Shown piece after piece: positions 13,902 through 28,346 of a stretch of 64,000 nucleotides of DNA. Each line of letters opens with the position of its first letter. The first letter of the stretch is position 1. Below the pieces are notes generated by a model. It saw only the letters and a list, made by a program, of their open reading frames with translations. It ran no database searches and was not told the DNA's origin. The stretch comes from Antedon mediterranea. Lineage: Eukaryota > Animalia > Echinodermata. The position numbers were made by a program, and so were the translations under genes. The DNA lies in assembly GCF_964355755.1 (NCBI RefSeq), contig NC_092675.1, positions 31,220,912 through 31,284,911 on the forward strand. The letters run 5' to 3'.

Positions 13902-14138
13902 TTAGAAACTACATTTTTTCAGATTCTTCGAGGAGGAAGGAGGAGGAATCATGGCATTTGAAATAATTGTATTATCGCCTGCAATGTGCGCACGGAAAAT
14001 ACATTTTATACAGTTTTGTAGACATTGCATTAGTAAATGTTGTACAATACAGAACCTAAAATAAAACTCTAAAAATAAAATAAAATGTAGACTCTTTATT
14101 CATTCTTCGATAAGTAAATTATAATTTTATAATTCTAG

Positions 14139-17100
14139 CCTTGCCAATTGACAATGAAGTTGGTTTTGATGAGAACACATTCAACTATAATAAGCTGGTA
14201 TTATTTGGAGCAGCAACCATTGCTATTGGTACCACGATTTATGTTGTTTTGAAACGTTTTACTTCCCCTGGCAGTCTTCGTAGGCAATCCATCGTACTTC
14301 CCGTAAGTCGGCCTAAATAACAGTGCCATAAAACTTGATTCCACATGATGTTATGTATTAGTATTTAGAACTTTGCAGCTTATGTTATTTGTAATTTTGT
14401 TGTAAAATGAATGCACCACTGATGTAAAGGTGATTCCTATGAATAAATAAATACTTCAATCTTTATTGTATATCCTAACTCCGTCGTAATCGTTAAATAT
14501 TTCTAAAATAGTTTCTTTGATTTTTCACGGTAAATTTAGGGCGAAGAACGCATTCACATATCATATTTTACTAAAGTCAAAGATGATGGTACCCCAGACC
14601 TAATGCAATACATATATGAAGATACCAAGACAATGTATGCGGCAATGGTGCGTGGAAGCCGCGAAACGGGTAAGTAACGCCGAGTAGTGACGAGCAGATG
14701 CGGCAATGGTGCGTGGAAGCCGCGAAACGGGTAAGTAACGCCGAGTAGTGACGAGCAGATGCGGCAATGGTGCGTGGAAGCCGCGAAACGGGTAAGTAAC
14801 GCCGAGTGACGAGCAGAATATTGTGTCCACAATTCACTCTCTGTTAAATTACCGTATTCTCCGCTACCGTCCGGAAACGAAACTACGGAATACAAATTCT
14901 GTCCAGCAGCGGGTCCATAAACTATTCCTAAAATATGTGTTAAAACTTCAACAGTCCAGACTCTTCCCAGCTCAGTTGTAATTTCTTGTAACAATTTAAT
15001 AAGGCCATACACTCTAGTAAACCAACTCCTTCATGCCCTACTTTTGTATTATGTAAAAATAAATCTTCTCATGGGATATCTAATACTATTGTGACGAGTA
15101 CTATTGTTGAAGTGGAGCATATTTCAAAACATCAACAATTTTATTATATTGTACCAATATAGTGTAACTGTTCGGAGCAGTCAAGGGCTAAGTTTGTAAG
15201 TTACAATAACATAGCGAACAATAAGACAAGGGCTAAGTTTGTAAGTTACAATAACATATAGCGAACAACAAGACAACAGTAAAGTCAAATATTGCACATA
15301 GAAAATAAACACTAAAACCCTCGTTTTATACAAATATAACTTAAATCATTATAAATTTGAAGAAGGAAGTTTAAGCTTGCGGATTATAATTGCAAATACT
15401 ATGAATTTTAAACTTTGAAACAGTTATTTCTTTCAATGGTCTGCTACAAGTAGGTGACGATCACAAGGGATTCTGACATTGTATTGTGGAATCTTTAGTA
15501 AATTGTGTAAATTTGTTTTAAACATCACTCAAGGGCGAGCTCAAGAGTCTGTAAAGAGATTTAGATTTAAATACTCATACAATAACAATGCCTAAACTTA
15601 ATACAATTTGGCGTATGGGGTTCAAAGAAGCAGAAAGGAGACGTTTTATGGTTGGTTTAGTATTGTTTTAGAAATTGAAGAACTACTTATTTCTATTATG
15701 ACTAGATAGAAAGGAGCTTAGTTTCCCTTTTTACTAATTACAATAATAAATCATTTGAATTGGTTTTATTATATATGTTTAATGAACTGTCTAAGGTTAA
15801 GGTGATTGTATTCAACGTTTATAGCCTACAATGTAAAATCATTCAACTACTGAAATGTCGCTTCTATGAAGTTTTGCGTGTTCTGGTTGGACATACACTT
15901 TAACTTATTTAAGTGTTGAGATCCAATCGAAAAATAACCCCAACTTTTTCTCAATGATAGGCCTGGTAGGCCTATATAAATGTAAGGTCGATAAGGTCGT
16001 ACAAAATAACATACATTAAGATTACTAAAAGCAACTTAACACTAAAAATCATTTTACATTTTGCAGAAACTGGTGAATGTCTGGGCTGGCGTCCAGGACC
16101 AGATCAACACTATCAATGGCTATCCTATCAAGAAGTAAGTTTCTACCAAGGCTATCACATTCCTATTTATGAATGATCATTTTATCTAAATATATATCTA
16201 GTATACTATAGTATAATTCATTTTTTACCGCACAATGTCTGTTTAAAGTCTGCTACTTTATTGCTGTTTTATTGTTAAATGCGCCATTCACACTAGAGAC
16301 GCAACACAACGACGTAACGCAACGTAAGGGATTTGACCAATCACAAGCGATGAATTATTTGATATGTTGCTCACTTGCTGTTGCGTCTACGTCCTTGGGT
16401 TGCGTCCTAGTGCGAAGCAAGCTTTATCGTGTTCCACTGTTGAAAGTAAAGAATTTAAGATGAATTTTACTTTTTGCAAAAAGCCTCGAATTCAATAGTA
16501 ATAGTAAATATCAGATTTGTAAACTTCTGAATATTTGCAGGTTGGCTGGGTTTCGTGCTTCTTTCAGATATTCTTGGTTTCAAATCTTATTATTGTACCA
16601 GAATATACATCGGTATTCTTCCAATTATAAACCCAATTATTTGTGAATACTAATGACTGTAGGTAATGGATCGTGCATGCAGTATTGGCTCAGCTTTGGT
16701 TGAAAAAGGATTTTCTCCTGGACAAAACACTTATATTGGACTTTACTCCAATAACAGACCAGAGGTAAACATTTTTTTCTAATATTATATGACAGATTCT
16801 GCACGATAATGAGTTTTAAGTTTTATGAACACAATTCAATGCCAAAGCAATAGAATGTTTCACTAAATGTTTCATGCAAATAAATAAAAGTGAAGTTAAA
16901 TTAACAAAATTACAAATCATGAATTTCCAAATATAAAATGTAGCAATACAATATAGTTCTAAGTTTAATTTGATTATTCAATTACAAAGTTTGAACATGG
17001 AGGTAAAACATAATCTTAATATTTTTTACCTTCATGGTTTGAACATGGAGGTAAAAAATAATTTTAATATTTTTTAACTCCATGGTTTGAACATGGAGGT

Positions 17101-20100
17101 AAAAAATAATTTTAATATTTTTTACCTCCATGGTTTGAACATGGAGGTAAAAAATAATTTTAATATTTTTTACTTCCATGGTTTGAACATGGAGCTATAC
17201 TTGTATAGATGCATGGTTTGAAGTAGTTCTTATTGTTTCTGTTAATCTGTTCAGTAGGAAGTTATTGTGATATTTAAACCCACGAGAACCCCCAAACGGA
17301 AGTTATCGCCTACGTTCCACTACAGTATAATAAAAAAAATTAATGACAATGTCAGACATGTTCAGTTAGAATGTTATTAATTAAATCCTAACGAAATTCT
17401 AACTAGAAGGATATCATGATGAATGTATAAACCAAAATAGCAATCTGACCAAAATGTGTTGGCTGTGATATAAAGTAATATAGGAAACTCAATAGGCAGC
17501 CTATTTGTTTTATTTTAGTGGGTGATTGCTGAGCAGGCATGCTTTAGGTTCAACATGGTAACTGTTCCACTTTACGATACTTTGGGCACCGACGCTTGTG
17601 CTCATATTATTAATGAAGGTAGGTTGTCCTAAAGCTTGGTTCCCACTTGAACAACGCAGCAATTGGGGACCAAGCGCAAAGCAAGTAAAGCTTGTTTCCC
17701 ACTATGATGCAGCACAAGGACGTAAGCCACAACACAAGCAAATTAAATTGACCAATCAAAAGCAATGGATTATTCGAACTGTCGCTTGTGATTGGTCAAT
17801 TGGTTTCCATAGGCGTAAGGGCGTAAACGCAACGAATTTGACCAATCACAAACGATGGATTATCCTAACTGTCGTTTTTTATTGGTGAGATCACTTGCGT
17901 TGCGCTTACACGTCCTTGCACTGCGTCTCTCTTAGAACAATCGCCGACTACCTGATAGTCTTCATCGCTACCAACAACATCGCCACCATATTCTCCATTT
18001 AAGCCCTTTCTAATAAAGTTCTTGTTTTCCATTATCTTTGCATTGAACCCTTATTTTAATTCATGTATTAATTAGCCGAGATCCCTTTGGTGTTTTTGGA
18101 CACTATCGACAAAATACAAAAACTTCTTGAGAAATCGGATGAAATGTCAACGTTGAAAGTGTTTGTATTAATGGTTGGAGAAGTGAGTGAAGAAATAAAA
18201 GGAGCTTGCAGCAGTAAAGGAATAGAAGTGTTGACATTTGAGGAAATGCTCAAACTTGGTCTGGAAAACAAGAAAGAAGAACAGGTAATTTTAATTAATT
18301 AATTTTATTTTAAAATAGCTGCCATAACACAATGAAATAAGCATGTCGATGTGGCAGTCTATAAAAGTAAAACAAGGGGAAGCTAAATTTTCAATGGTAA
18401 TTAATAATTAGTTAATAACAAATAATATAACCATAATATTAAAGTGCTACGCTATGTACTACTCGTAAAATAACGATTGATTTTAATTCCTCAACTTGGT
18501 GTTCTCGTTTACACAGTATCAGTGTGTATTACTTCCTGTAAATTCAAGATATGTCTTTATTTTGTATATTTAAATAGATAAAACAAAGGAAATCAGAATG
18601 TTGATGTACACATTGCAATATCATTTTGATAACATATTTAGAAATATCTCTTGTAATAGACTTACAATATACATTACTAGCTGTATGTTATTTATTTATG
18701 TTCATTTTAAGTTGCCGTCTCCTGAAGATGTCTTTACAGTGTGTTACACAAGTGGTACAACAGGTACGAACAAAATGCTACACGATGTCGCAATTAAAAT
18801 GAACAAATAGAAACTTACCAAAGTTAAAAGATTTTAGTGTAAATTCAACTTGCTGAGTTTGGATAAATTATAACGTTTTTATTGAAGTATCATGCAAATC
18901 TTATATTTAAAAAGCACAGAAGGGCCGCAATTTATTTGAATATTTTGAACATAGTGATACAGAAAATATCGGAAAAGTATTTGCAATATCACTATGTATA
19001 TTTTGTTGTATATTAACACAAACAAAATATACAATTCACCAATAAGGAGATAAATTAAAATTGTATTTAGTAAACAATTTGTTGTTTTAGGTTTGCCAAA
19101 AGGTGTCATTCTTACACATGCTAACATGGTTGCTGATATTGCGTCTGTGTTTAGGCACACTAAGGTAGGCCTAATACTATACCGTATTATTATTATATAA
19201 AATTTGTGATGTTATAATTAGAAAATATTTTGTATTATTTAATATAGGTCTATTTGTATTTAGTTTTTCTATAATCTAACACGAAGACTTAACGTAGGCT
19301 ACATGATTGCCTGTTTCTTTTATACGGCGACAAAAAAAATAATAATATAGACAAAACTCCTATAAGTAAATACAAATGTATGTTTATTTCAGGAATGTTT
19401 TGACGTGGATTCTAACTACAGGCATATATCATACCTTCCTCTTGCCCATGTATTTGAGAGAGCAATGCAGGTAAGATCTACCAAAGCAATGCTGTAGGCC
19501 TACAATTGCTTTGGTTAACATTTACCACCATGCTAGAAATAACATGTTTGTACTGATATCGACTAATCTACAGAACAATGATTATCTTACAACAATCATT
19601 AACAAAGTATATGCATTGATGATGTTTTTCTGATATCGTTTGTTAGGGCATCGTTTTCATGCATGGAGCTAAAGTTGGATTCTTCCAGGGTGATCCGAAA
19701 CTACTAACTGATGACATCCAGGCATTGAAACCAAATAGTTTCCCAGCAGTGCCCCGTGTACTTAATCGAATTTATGATCGGGTATGTAAGCTCTGTCTAC
19801 ACTATCAAACTTTATGTGACAATAAAATGTGATGTACTCAAATATGGTAGCGATATGCCCAAATATGGTAGCGATGTGACATCATCATGTCCATATATGG
19901 GCACACCACACATCTTTGTTACATAAAGTTTGATAGTGTAGACAGTGATTAAGAGATTTTACAGATAAGGTAATGATATCAGGCTGGCCGCATCTTGGAA
20001 TCATATTAAACTTCAAAATAAATTTCAATATAATTATATTAATATGTGTATGTTTATTTGTAGGTAATAGGCCAAGTTAGTTCTTCAGGATGGCTGAAAA

Positions 20101-22677
20101 GAACTTTGTTCAACATGGCACTGAATTCAAAAAGGAAAGCAATGGAAAGGTAATACATGACAAAGGTGATAATAATAATATTTTTCAATTAAAATTTGAA
20201 TTTGTTGAGATAAAACAAACATGTTGCTGTAACTAATACTGATATAATCATCTACAATTTCCATTCCAGAGGAGAAATTCGCTTTGACACAATATGGGAT
20301 AAAATCGTCTTCAAAAAGATTCAGGTAACTATTTCCACATTTTAAACATGTTTTTGAGATTCGATTGCGGCGGCATACACTTGCTTTAACAACGATCATT
20401 TTCTCTACGGTAGACTATGCTTGGAGGTGAACTTCTAATGATGATTACAGGAGCCGCTCCACTGTCTGCTGAGACCATGCTCTTCTTCAGATCGGCAATT
20501 GGATGTTGGGTATGTCACAATAAAAAATACCAATTACACTCTTCCCTGATACTGTGTGAGTGATATGATAAAACCAACTAGAAGGTCGTGCAGGAGTGTG
20601 TAATTTGTGAATGGATAAGAAGAGAGAGGAGAGATAGATTGCAGGTGAATGACGTTAGGAAAATTCAGATATATCATTCACCTGAGATAGATAGTGGACG
20701 ATAGTTTTGTATCTGAATTATACACGCAGGGTGTTTCCGAGAGTGTTTGGCAACGGGGCGGTAGTAAGCGGGTTAGAGGTCTTCACATGAAAACTGATTT
20801 TCATCACCTTACAATGAATGTTGACCGATTATTTTTTATACAGGTATTTGAGGGTTATGGTCAAACGGAGTGTTCGGCTGGATGTACCTTCACATATCCT
20901 GGAGATATGACATGTGGTCACGTTGGTACTGTCTTACCTGGATGTATGATCAAGTTAGTAGATGTGGAAGAAATGGGATATCTTTCCAGTGAAGACAAGG
21001 GAGAGGTATAATTAATATTAGATTGATCGTGTGTTGGTTGTTTAAAAAATATCGTACTGAATTTATGAGTTTTGATCCGGAAAGCGTATGTTCTGTACTT
21101 TCAGATATATGGTTGAACTAATCCATATAAATGCTCAAATTTGTATTGTAAAAACATTTGTATAACTTGTGTTTTGATAGGTTTGTGTAAAAGGACCAAT
21201 TGTTAGTAAAGGTTACCTGAAGAATGAAGCGAAAACTAAAGAAACAATCGACGCAGACGGATGGCTCCATACTGGTGATATTGGAGAATGGTTATCGGTA
21301 AAGTACTTCTAAACACTACCGTATCGCTGATATGACTACGCTTTAGAAGAGAATGTGTCTTTTTTGTTGTCGATCTGATAGATCGAATGTACTAAAATGG
21401 AAACTTACAGCAATGTTTCGCAAACAATCAGTTTGCTTTGTCAAGAGACTGTTTGTTACAGTCTGGTGACGTATTAACCTTACTTTCGATCTATTGTATC
21501 AACAAAAAAAGAAAACTCTATAATAATTTAGTATCCAAATGAAATTATTTAAAGATAGTAAACTTTTTGTTGTCATCAATTTAGACTGGACAGCTGAAGA
21601 TTGTTGATCGTAAGAAACACATCTTCAAGTTATCACAGGGAGAATATGTTGCACCGGAAAAGATTGAGAATGTGTATATCAAGTCGATATACGTAGCTCA
21701 GGCATTCGTCTTTGGGTATAGCCTTAAGGTACAGTTGTCTCGTAAATATGCATATCACGACAAGTATATTAGTTTATCTTCTGCTTATTAGAGGGAAACA
21801 AGAGAAGTCATACTCTTGTAGGCCTATATCATCAAACATTACAGAGTTGTATGTTCACTGTATTATACTGTACTTGTGTCTCTTTTGTTCAGTCATGTGT
21901 TGTAGGGATTGTCATTCCTGATGAAGAAGAGTTGATGAAGTACGCAAAATCTAAATCTTTAGACATAACATTCCAAGAACTATGCAAAAACAAGGTTAGT
22001 AAATTTAGTTTACATTCTCGAAACTCTGAAAAAAGCGGCTGATGATTTTAATTGTCAGTCAGTGTGTTTTCAAACATTTAAAAAACCCAAGAATTTGTTT
22101 TCAATTTTACGATATTTGTATGCCTGGTTATATTCATACAGTTGAGTAAACTTCTCAGATATCGGTAAAATCATCGTTTGTTTTCGTCGCTATCTGACTC
22201 TCAATGTTATAATAAGAAAAACAATGTATTTTACAGGAAATCTGTGAAATGATATTTCAAGATATGAACAATGTGGCGAAAAATGGAGATCTGAAGGGCT
22301 TTGAACAGGTAACACAATCATGTCCAATATCTAATCAAACTGCTTATTAGTATATACACAGATAAAAGCATATTGTATACGTTATTGTCATTGTACCAGC
22401 CGTTTCTCTGTGCGACTATTGTAAATGCAGACCTGCTTCAAATTCTATTCTAGTTTGAACATTACGTTGTATTTCTAATTAAACAAATTGTTATATTTAT
22501 ATTTCATAGGTGAAGAAGATTCATGTTTCAAGCGAGTTATTCAGCGTTGAAAATAACTTGTTGACGCCAACATTTAAAGCACGTCGAAAGCAAATTGAAA
22601 ATGCCTACAAAACTGAAATAGATGCTATGTATGAGCAGATAGAAGCTGTTTCACCTTCACCATCATGCACTGCTTAG
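14139..22677 (+). CDS. ACSL: Long-chain fatty-acid-CoA ligase (ACSL1/5/6-like), copy 2; near complete (start codon uncertain, candidate ATG 13951). Exons ~14139-14302, 14540-14669, 16067-16134, 16663-16764, 17519-17618, 18076-18284, 18712-18763, 19091-19164, 19393-19470, 19647-19781, 20064-20149, 20270-20324, 20414-20509, 20844-21005, 21181-21297, 21585-21728, 21893-21994, 22237-22308, 22510-22677
   Basis: N-terminal hydrophobic anchor ([19 protein letters not shown]), [23 protein letters not shown]-binding YTSGTTGLPKGV, gate motif [30 protein letters not shown]; same intron positions as copy 1; stop TAG 22675-22677. Confidence 0.93.
14637..14817 (+). repeat. 61-bp tandem repeat x3 spanning an ACSL exon end and its splice donor
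   Basis: ATGCGGCAATGGTGCGTGGAAGCCGCGAAACGG-GTAAGTAACGCCGAGTAGTGACGAGCAG at 14637, 14698, 14759 (third unit lacks 3 nt). Confidence 0.95.
16281..16425. mobile_element. MITE of the AAGCTTGGTTCCCACT/GACGCAAC family
   Basis: Imperfect inverted termini CACTAGAGACGCAAC / GTTGCGTCCTAGTG; related sequence at 11477-11550, 13059-13095 and 17632-17930. Confidence 0.55.
16988..17194. repeat. 48-bp minisatellite, ~4 copies, intronic
   Basis: Unit GTTTGAACATGGAGGTAAAAAATAATTTTAATATTTTTTACCTCCATG with internal inverted symmetry; explains the repetitive ORF 16982-17179. Confidence 0.9.
19789..19950. mobile_element. MITE of the AGCTCTGTCTACACT family in an ACSL intron
   Basis: TIRs AGCTCTGTCTACACTATCAAACTTTATGT / ACATAAAGTTTGATAGTGTAGACAG; other copies at ~23740-23885, 32639-32744, 41338-41478, 43832-43991, 61980-63729. 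Confidence 0.7.
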
Positions 22678-25600
22678 AAAACAGTGCTGCATTTTTATTT
22701 AAAACATTCCGAAAGTATATTATACGTACTCAATAACCATATTATTACGGTAATTACTAAATGTTACCCACCGCTTCTATCAAGTTGCAAATGCAACAAC
22801 CTTGAAAACGTACCGGTAGTGTACGTAGTCATAATTTATACGTAATTTATACGTAATATGGGTTACCATATATTATATACTGTTTTATAAAGGGAATTTT
22901 ATTTTTGTTTATAATTAATAATACCGATTATTTTAACTTTTATAACTATTTGCGTCAAGAAGTATTTGCAATATCCCTATTTGCTTATTAGATAACATTG
23001 ACAAAACAGCCCACCATAATATAATGTATCTGTTTGAAAAGTCATTTCATATGTGTTATTTTATACAAAGACTAATAAGCTATTTTTACAATTCTTAATG
23101 TTTTTATAAATTATGAGTGTGTGAACACTAAAACGAAATTTGGGGAAATGAGGTTCTTTAACAATTGTAGGTTTAGTTTATGATTATCTATAGTTTATGA
23201 TATATAATATTCCTTTTACCATATTTAAACATTTTATTAAATAATGTTTTTTATGCCAAATATCTACTGTACGCTTTATTTACTATTTATAATATATTTT
23301 TTCGCCTGCAGTCAAGTCAAAATAAACATTTATTTCTTTCATTTTAAAATTAATTCATTTTAAATTTTGACGAGATTCTGTTTTTGAGAAAAAATATTAT
23401 AATAAATCATAATGTATAAAATGGTGATTAAATTATATAAAATAAAATATAAAAAAGGAAAAAACCCAAGAAGTATAAATCAATTGGACAAAATCCAATA
23501 GGAAAATTTTATTTTAGAAAGCCATATAATATAATAACAATAACACAACGTAACAATAAGCAAACACAAAACAATTTACAAATACATAAATTCAACATGT
23601 TATCTTTGTCTTTATGTGAAAACAAACATTAAAGTAGGCTACTTGGTTGTCGAATAGAGATTTTTAACAGATGTTTATCAACGGAATTCTAAAACAGGAG
23701 ACGAGGAATGAAATCTCGGATAAAAATAATGCCGCACTAAGCTCTGTCTATACTATCAAACTTTATGTGACAAAAAAATGTGATGTGCCCAAATATGGTA
23801 GTGATATGCTTAAATATTGTAGTATACGGTGATATGACATCATCATGTTCATGGGCACATGGGCATCACATTTTTGTCACATAAAGGAAGAGGTCGGTGG
23901 TGTGAATCTCTCTGTAATCAATAACTCATCAACAATAATTTATTCAAGACAAGGAACTCTAGAGAACACCATGTCGGCAACCAGATATACGGTATACTAG
24001 AAAAACTTTTTAAATTTTGGTAAATGGTGACTTGGCCTATTAAAAAAATTAAATTGTCTGGGCGTTTGTTTAAATGTAATTGTTTATTTTGTCTTTGTAG
24101 TGAAATCATTATTTGTTCGTTTTCTACGGAAATAAACATTTGTATTAAAACTGCAAAATGGCATATTTAAAGTCTTATTTTTTCATGTTTTTGGAAGACA
24201 ATTAAATCTGTATGTAAACCGGTTTTATCGGAAAATAGGGGATTTAAAAATGTAAAGCGCCACCATCATCATCATTATTTTTGTTTTGACATCAAAATCT
24301 CGAGCGGCGATGACACACCACCGTACCAGTACTACATTCAACACGACGTAGACTAGAGTTGAAATAGTTTATCTTGTTTCTATATGTTTGTGGTCATTGA
24401 ATATAATTATATTGAAGTAACTGGTTTGTAAAGGTAGGTTAGCCTATTTATTTAATTAATGATAACATGATTATTAATAATATAACTAGGGCCTAGCCTA
24501 GGCCTATATAGGCCCTATATAGATAGCTAGGGCTAGGCCTAGGCCTAGCTAGTTAGGTTAGGCCCTCCCTGCCTGGCTTTTTAGCTAAAAAAGGCAAGTA
24601 TAGGGTCTAGCCTAGCCTAGGTACTAGCTAGGCCTGAAGACGACAGTAGCTACGGAATAGCCTAGACCTTTGGGTAGCCTAGATAGGCAGGCTTTCTCTA
24701 GCTAGATACATGATACTATAGGCGAGGTCTAATAATAATACCATGAAAGTAAAATAAAGTTTATGTTACATACTAATCTATCTAAACCATACTCTTCTCT
24801 AGCTACTTTAATAAAGCATCGTTGTCTAAGCATATAGGCTAGGCCTAGTAGTTATACCATTGTATCATCAATGCCTGGTATAGATGCTTTTTTCGTGACA
24901 CTCTTTTTGAAGAGATGACATACACCCGTGACCAGTGTATATAAGCAGGAGCCGTGACTGCACCGTTAAAAAACAGTGGTGACAAACGCCTACATACAGT
25001 AGGCCTATATGCTTAGTTATAGTTATACAGTACACTGGTGTTTTTTTTCGAAGGATTTTAAGTGTTTTAATGTTTTTAAAAACATTTTACAGTAATTTTT
25101 TTTCTCATACGGTTGGTTACGCTCGGATGGTTACGATTGGTCTGTAGCACGAAAATCGTCTATTTAGGCTAGTTGACTGTGAGTATCACCCACACTCACT
25201 ACTACAGTACATATACCCCTGAGTTCCTTTTAAAGATTTGCTTCGTTATACCTCTTCATTAAAAAAATTGGTGAGCTATGTGATGAGTAATTTAAGGAAA
25301 GATCATAATACTGTATAATGCCAATACCATGGATGTTTGTCTGTCTACACTACAGAGAACATTAATATAGCCTTCTTTTAGACTAACTAACTTGGTGTTT
25401 TTTTTTTTGCAAAGTGAAATTTTAAAATTTAAAATTGTTATTCTTTTTTTATTTGCTCATATTACTTTATTGCATGATATCTTTAATCAGTAGGCATTGC
25501 ACTGCTGGCTGCCGTGGAGGGCCTAATCCAAATTATCTCGGTTTCCAGTTTGAGGACAAATTTAAATATTGTTATACCTTCTGTTTTAATTGTTATACAG

Positions 25601-26466
25601 TACTGTATTAACACCATATTGATACCCCTTTAAATGACCTATTGTCAGCCTGTATTATTTTATTAAATTACTATAGAAAATGATGACACGAGATGCTTCT
25701 ATTTGTTCATCGACAGTTGAAATCTAATCAAGTGTATAGAAGATGAATTACCTTCAGTATACCAATGAATTAGTGTGATCATGCACACTCACTCATTAGT
25801 AATATTGTAAAGAATATAAAAAGCTTACACTATTGTACTAGTTATTATATTATTAAAAAGGCAAATTATAAAAACACATGATTTCACTTTTTTCAGTAAA
25901 GCTACAAACAAACGACTTTGTTCAAATTGTTGGTGATTATTTTATGATTGATATATTGTGTAGTCAAACAAATTGTAAATTACACATAAATTGTAACTAA
26001 TTGATTCTGGGTTTTCCCTTAATTGTATTCAAATAGTTTGCCAGTAAATAAGCCTAAGCACTGCATACAATGTATGTCAAGTTTGAGGGTACTGATTGGC
26101 TTTAGATTTACCAACATTGCCCCTCGACCCCCTGCTCTAACTCCAAAAAACAAAACATTCAAGCTAACAGGCTTGGATAGTCTCAAGCCAAAACTTCCAT
26201 GATTCATTCCTCCCATTACGTTGCTTTGCAAATTGTGGTCTAGGGCCTAGGATCAAGGCATAAACAACAGGGGAAAACAGGGAAAAGATTGGTTTAATAA
26301 AGTGAGAGATTTTAGGTACTGTGGTCTGCTTGAGGTTTCATCGGACATTCAATATTTACAATCGTTGAAATGTATTGGCTCATCAATGATCAGTTAAAAC
26401 CCCCAAAATGGTTGAAATAAAAAAATCAAATCAGGGCTGCATTGGGTTTTCTTTAATAAAATACCA

Positions 26467-26592
26467 TAATAAAGTATACTACTACTTACTACTATACTCT
26501 TGTGATTATAATAAAGTATACTACTACTTACTACTATACTCTTGTGATTATAATAAAGTATACTACTACTTACTACTATACTCTTGTGATTA
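26467..26592. repeat. 42-bp tandem repeat x3
   Basis: ATAATAAAGTATACTACTACTTACTACTATACTCTTGTGATT repeated three times. Confidence 0.9.
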
Positions 26593-28346
26593 AAATTAGT
26601 GTTTAAATTCCATGAACAAAAGACTGTTCCAAAGAAAAGAGTTAAACTGGTTTGGTTTGTTCGCCACAATTGATTAAACAATGTATAATTGGTTTGAAAT
26701 TTTAGCATTGTGGATTAACAGGACTGACTTAGGGTAATTAACCCTTAATATCCCACCATCAAACTCTTTGTTTCTTTTATCCAATGTAATTTATTCCAGT
26801 TTTGTTGTTTTAAATATTAATTATTTAATGATGAGCAGGAAAATAAATAGTGATAGTGGTTTCTTAATGTGATATTTAGCCACACCCTTTTTTCAAATTA
26901 CTTTTTACTGGAAATGAAGTTTTATTATTTTCCTTATTGACACAATGAATGTTTGATGTGAAAGTTTACCTAATAAAAACTGAATGACTAGGAAATTGCA
27001 CAGGTTAAAAAAATATTATGTAAACAAAACAGGAAAGATACCACGAGTCAGATATTTATACTTAATTACATCATTTAGTCATACTAGTCATAGTCATTAA
27101 TAGTAACCTTTGTTGTATTTTGTTGTGGCACAATACTACCAGGTTGTATTTGAGATTTATAAATCCTGATTACAATAGTGCTGTTATTATTGAGTGCTGT
27201 AGTATGTTTTCTTTTTCTTCTGGTGGTATATTAATGATTAACTAGGTTTAATAAGTTTATAGTAATTGGGTATTGCTTTTTCTGTATGCTGTTTGTATGG
27301 AGTTGTGTACATAGGATTTTTTTATATACCAATTGTAATGATTAACTAGATAGACATAGGATAATTGTCTGGTATTATAATTTTTTTTGGTATTCTGTAA
27401 ATTGTGTAGAAATTTAGTACAGTAGGTTTTTGACATTGATGTCTGTTTATTGCTGTTTCTTCATCACAAACCAGATAGTTTGTAAAAAAAACTACGATTT
27501 GATTAAATTAATATTCATGATGAGTCATCATTATTATACAGTAATATAATAGACAAGCTATTCTACAGTATACAGTACGAGCTGAAATACTAATTATAGA
27601 AATGATAGAAGGTAGTATTGTTAATTATCAATACAAAGAGCCAGCTATCTACAGACTATGTAACTGTTTACCTTTGCCTGCAGCTGGCGGTTTTAGCATT
27701 TGTTTTGTGTGTGTTGCTGCTGTTGTCGTACGATGATCATCTACTGTAATGTGATGATACAAAATGCTGCTGCTGTTGTCGTACGATGATCATCTACTGT
27801 AATGTGATGATACAAAATGCTCTTTGTAAATTTAAAATTAGAGGATACAATTACATTTGATTTTACTGGCCTATGCTGCATAACACATGCTGTCAATCAT
27901 CGTTAAAACACATCATTTCCATCAATTTTAATTAATCTTGTTTGGATATTAACATTTTTTAGCAAGATTAATTTACAGTAATTAATATTGAGTAGTAGAC
28001 TGTATTATTATTATAAATTGCTTATTATTAATTAATTCTGTACAGTATTTCGGTTTTTTTCACATTTCATATGCTATTTTTCATTGATATTTGGCTTTTC
28101 TCCATGTGGTACAGCATCATCATCATCTACATTCATTGATGGTGTTTCTGTTTTCCTTGCCATCATAATGCATTTATTCTATGTATCAGACTGTACATTC
28201 ATTAATTGTTCCATTTCATTAATAGTTCCATTTCATTACAAATTCATTCTTTTTGTGCTAGATTTCCTGTCATCATCTGGATCATATTCAACTCGTTACC
28301 ATGGCAATCAATAAGAGCGATCTGATTTCTCATCTAGGAGAAAGGT

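Noticed and set aside
14554-15012. Three overlapping minus-strand ORFs with repeats
   Set aside because: Antisense shadows of the ACSL exon and the 61-bp repeat
19165-19646. Mutually exclusive F/Y gate exons as in vertebrate ACSL6
   Set aside because: Only one gate exon (ISYLPLAH, 19393-19470) visible; no duplicate in the flanking introns
22660-22677. C-terminal prenylation or peroxisomal signal in ACSL copy 2 (…PSCTA)
   Set aside because: Cys is third from the end, so not CaaX; not an SKL-type tripeptide
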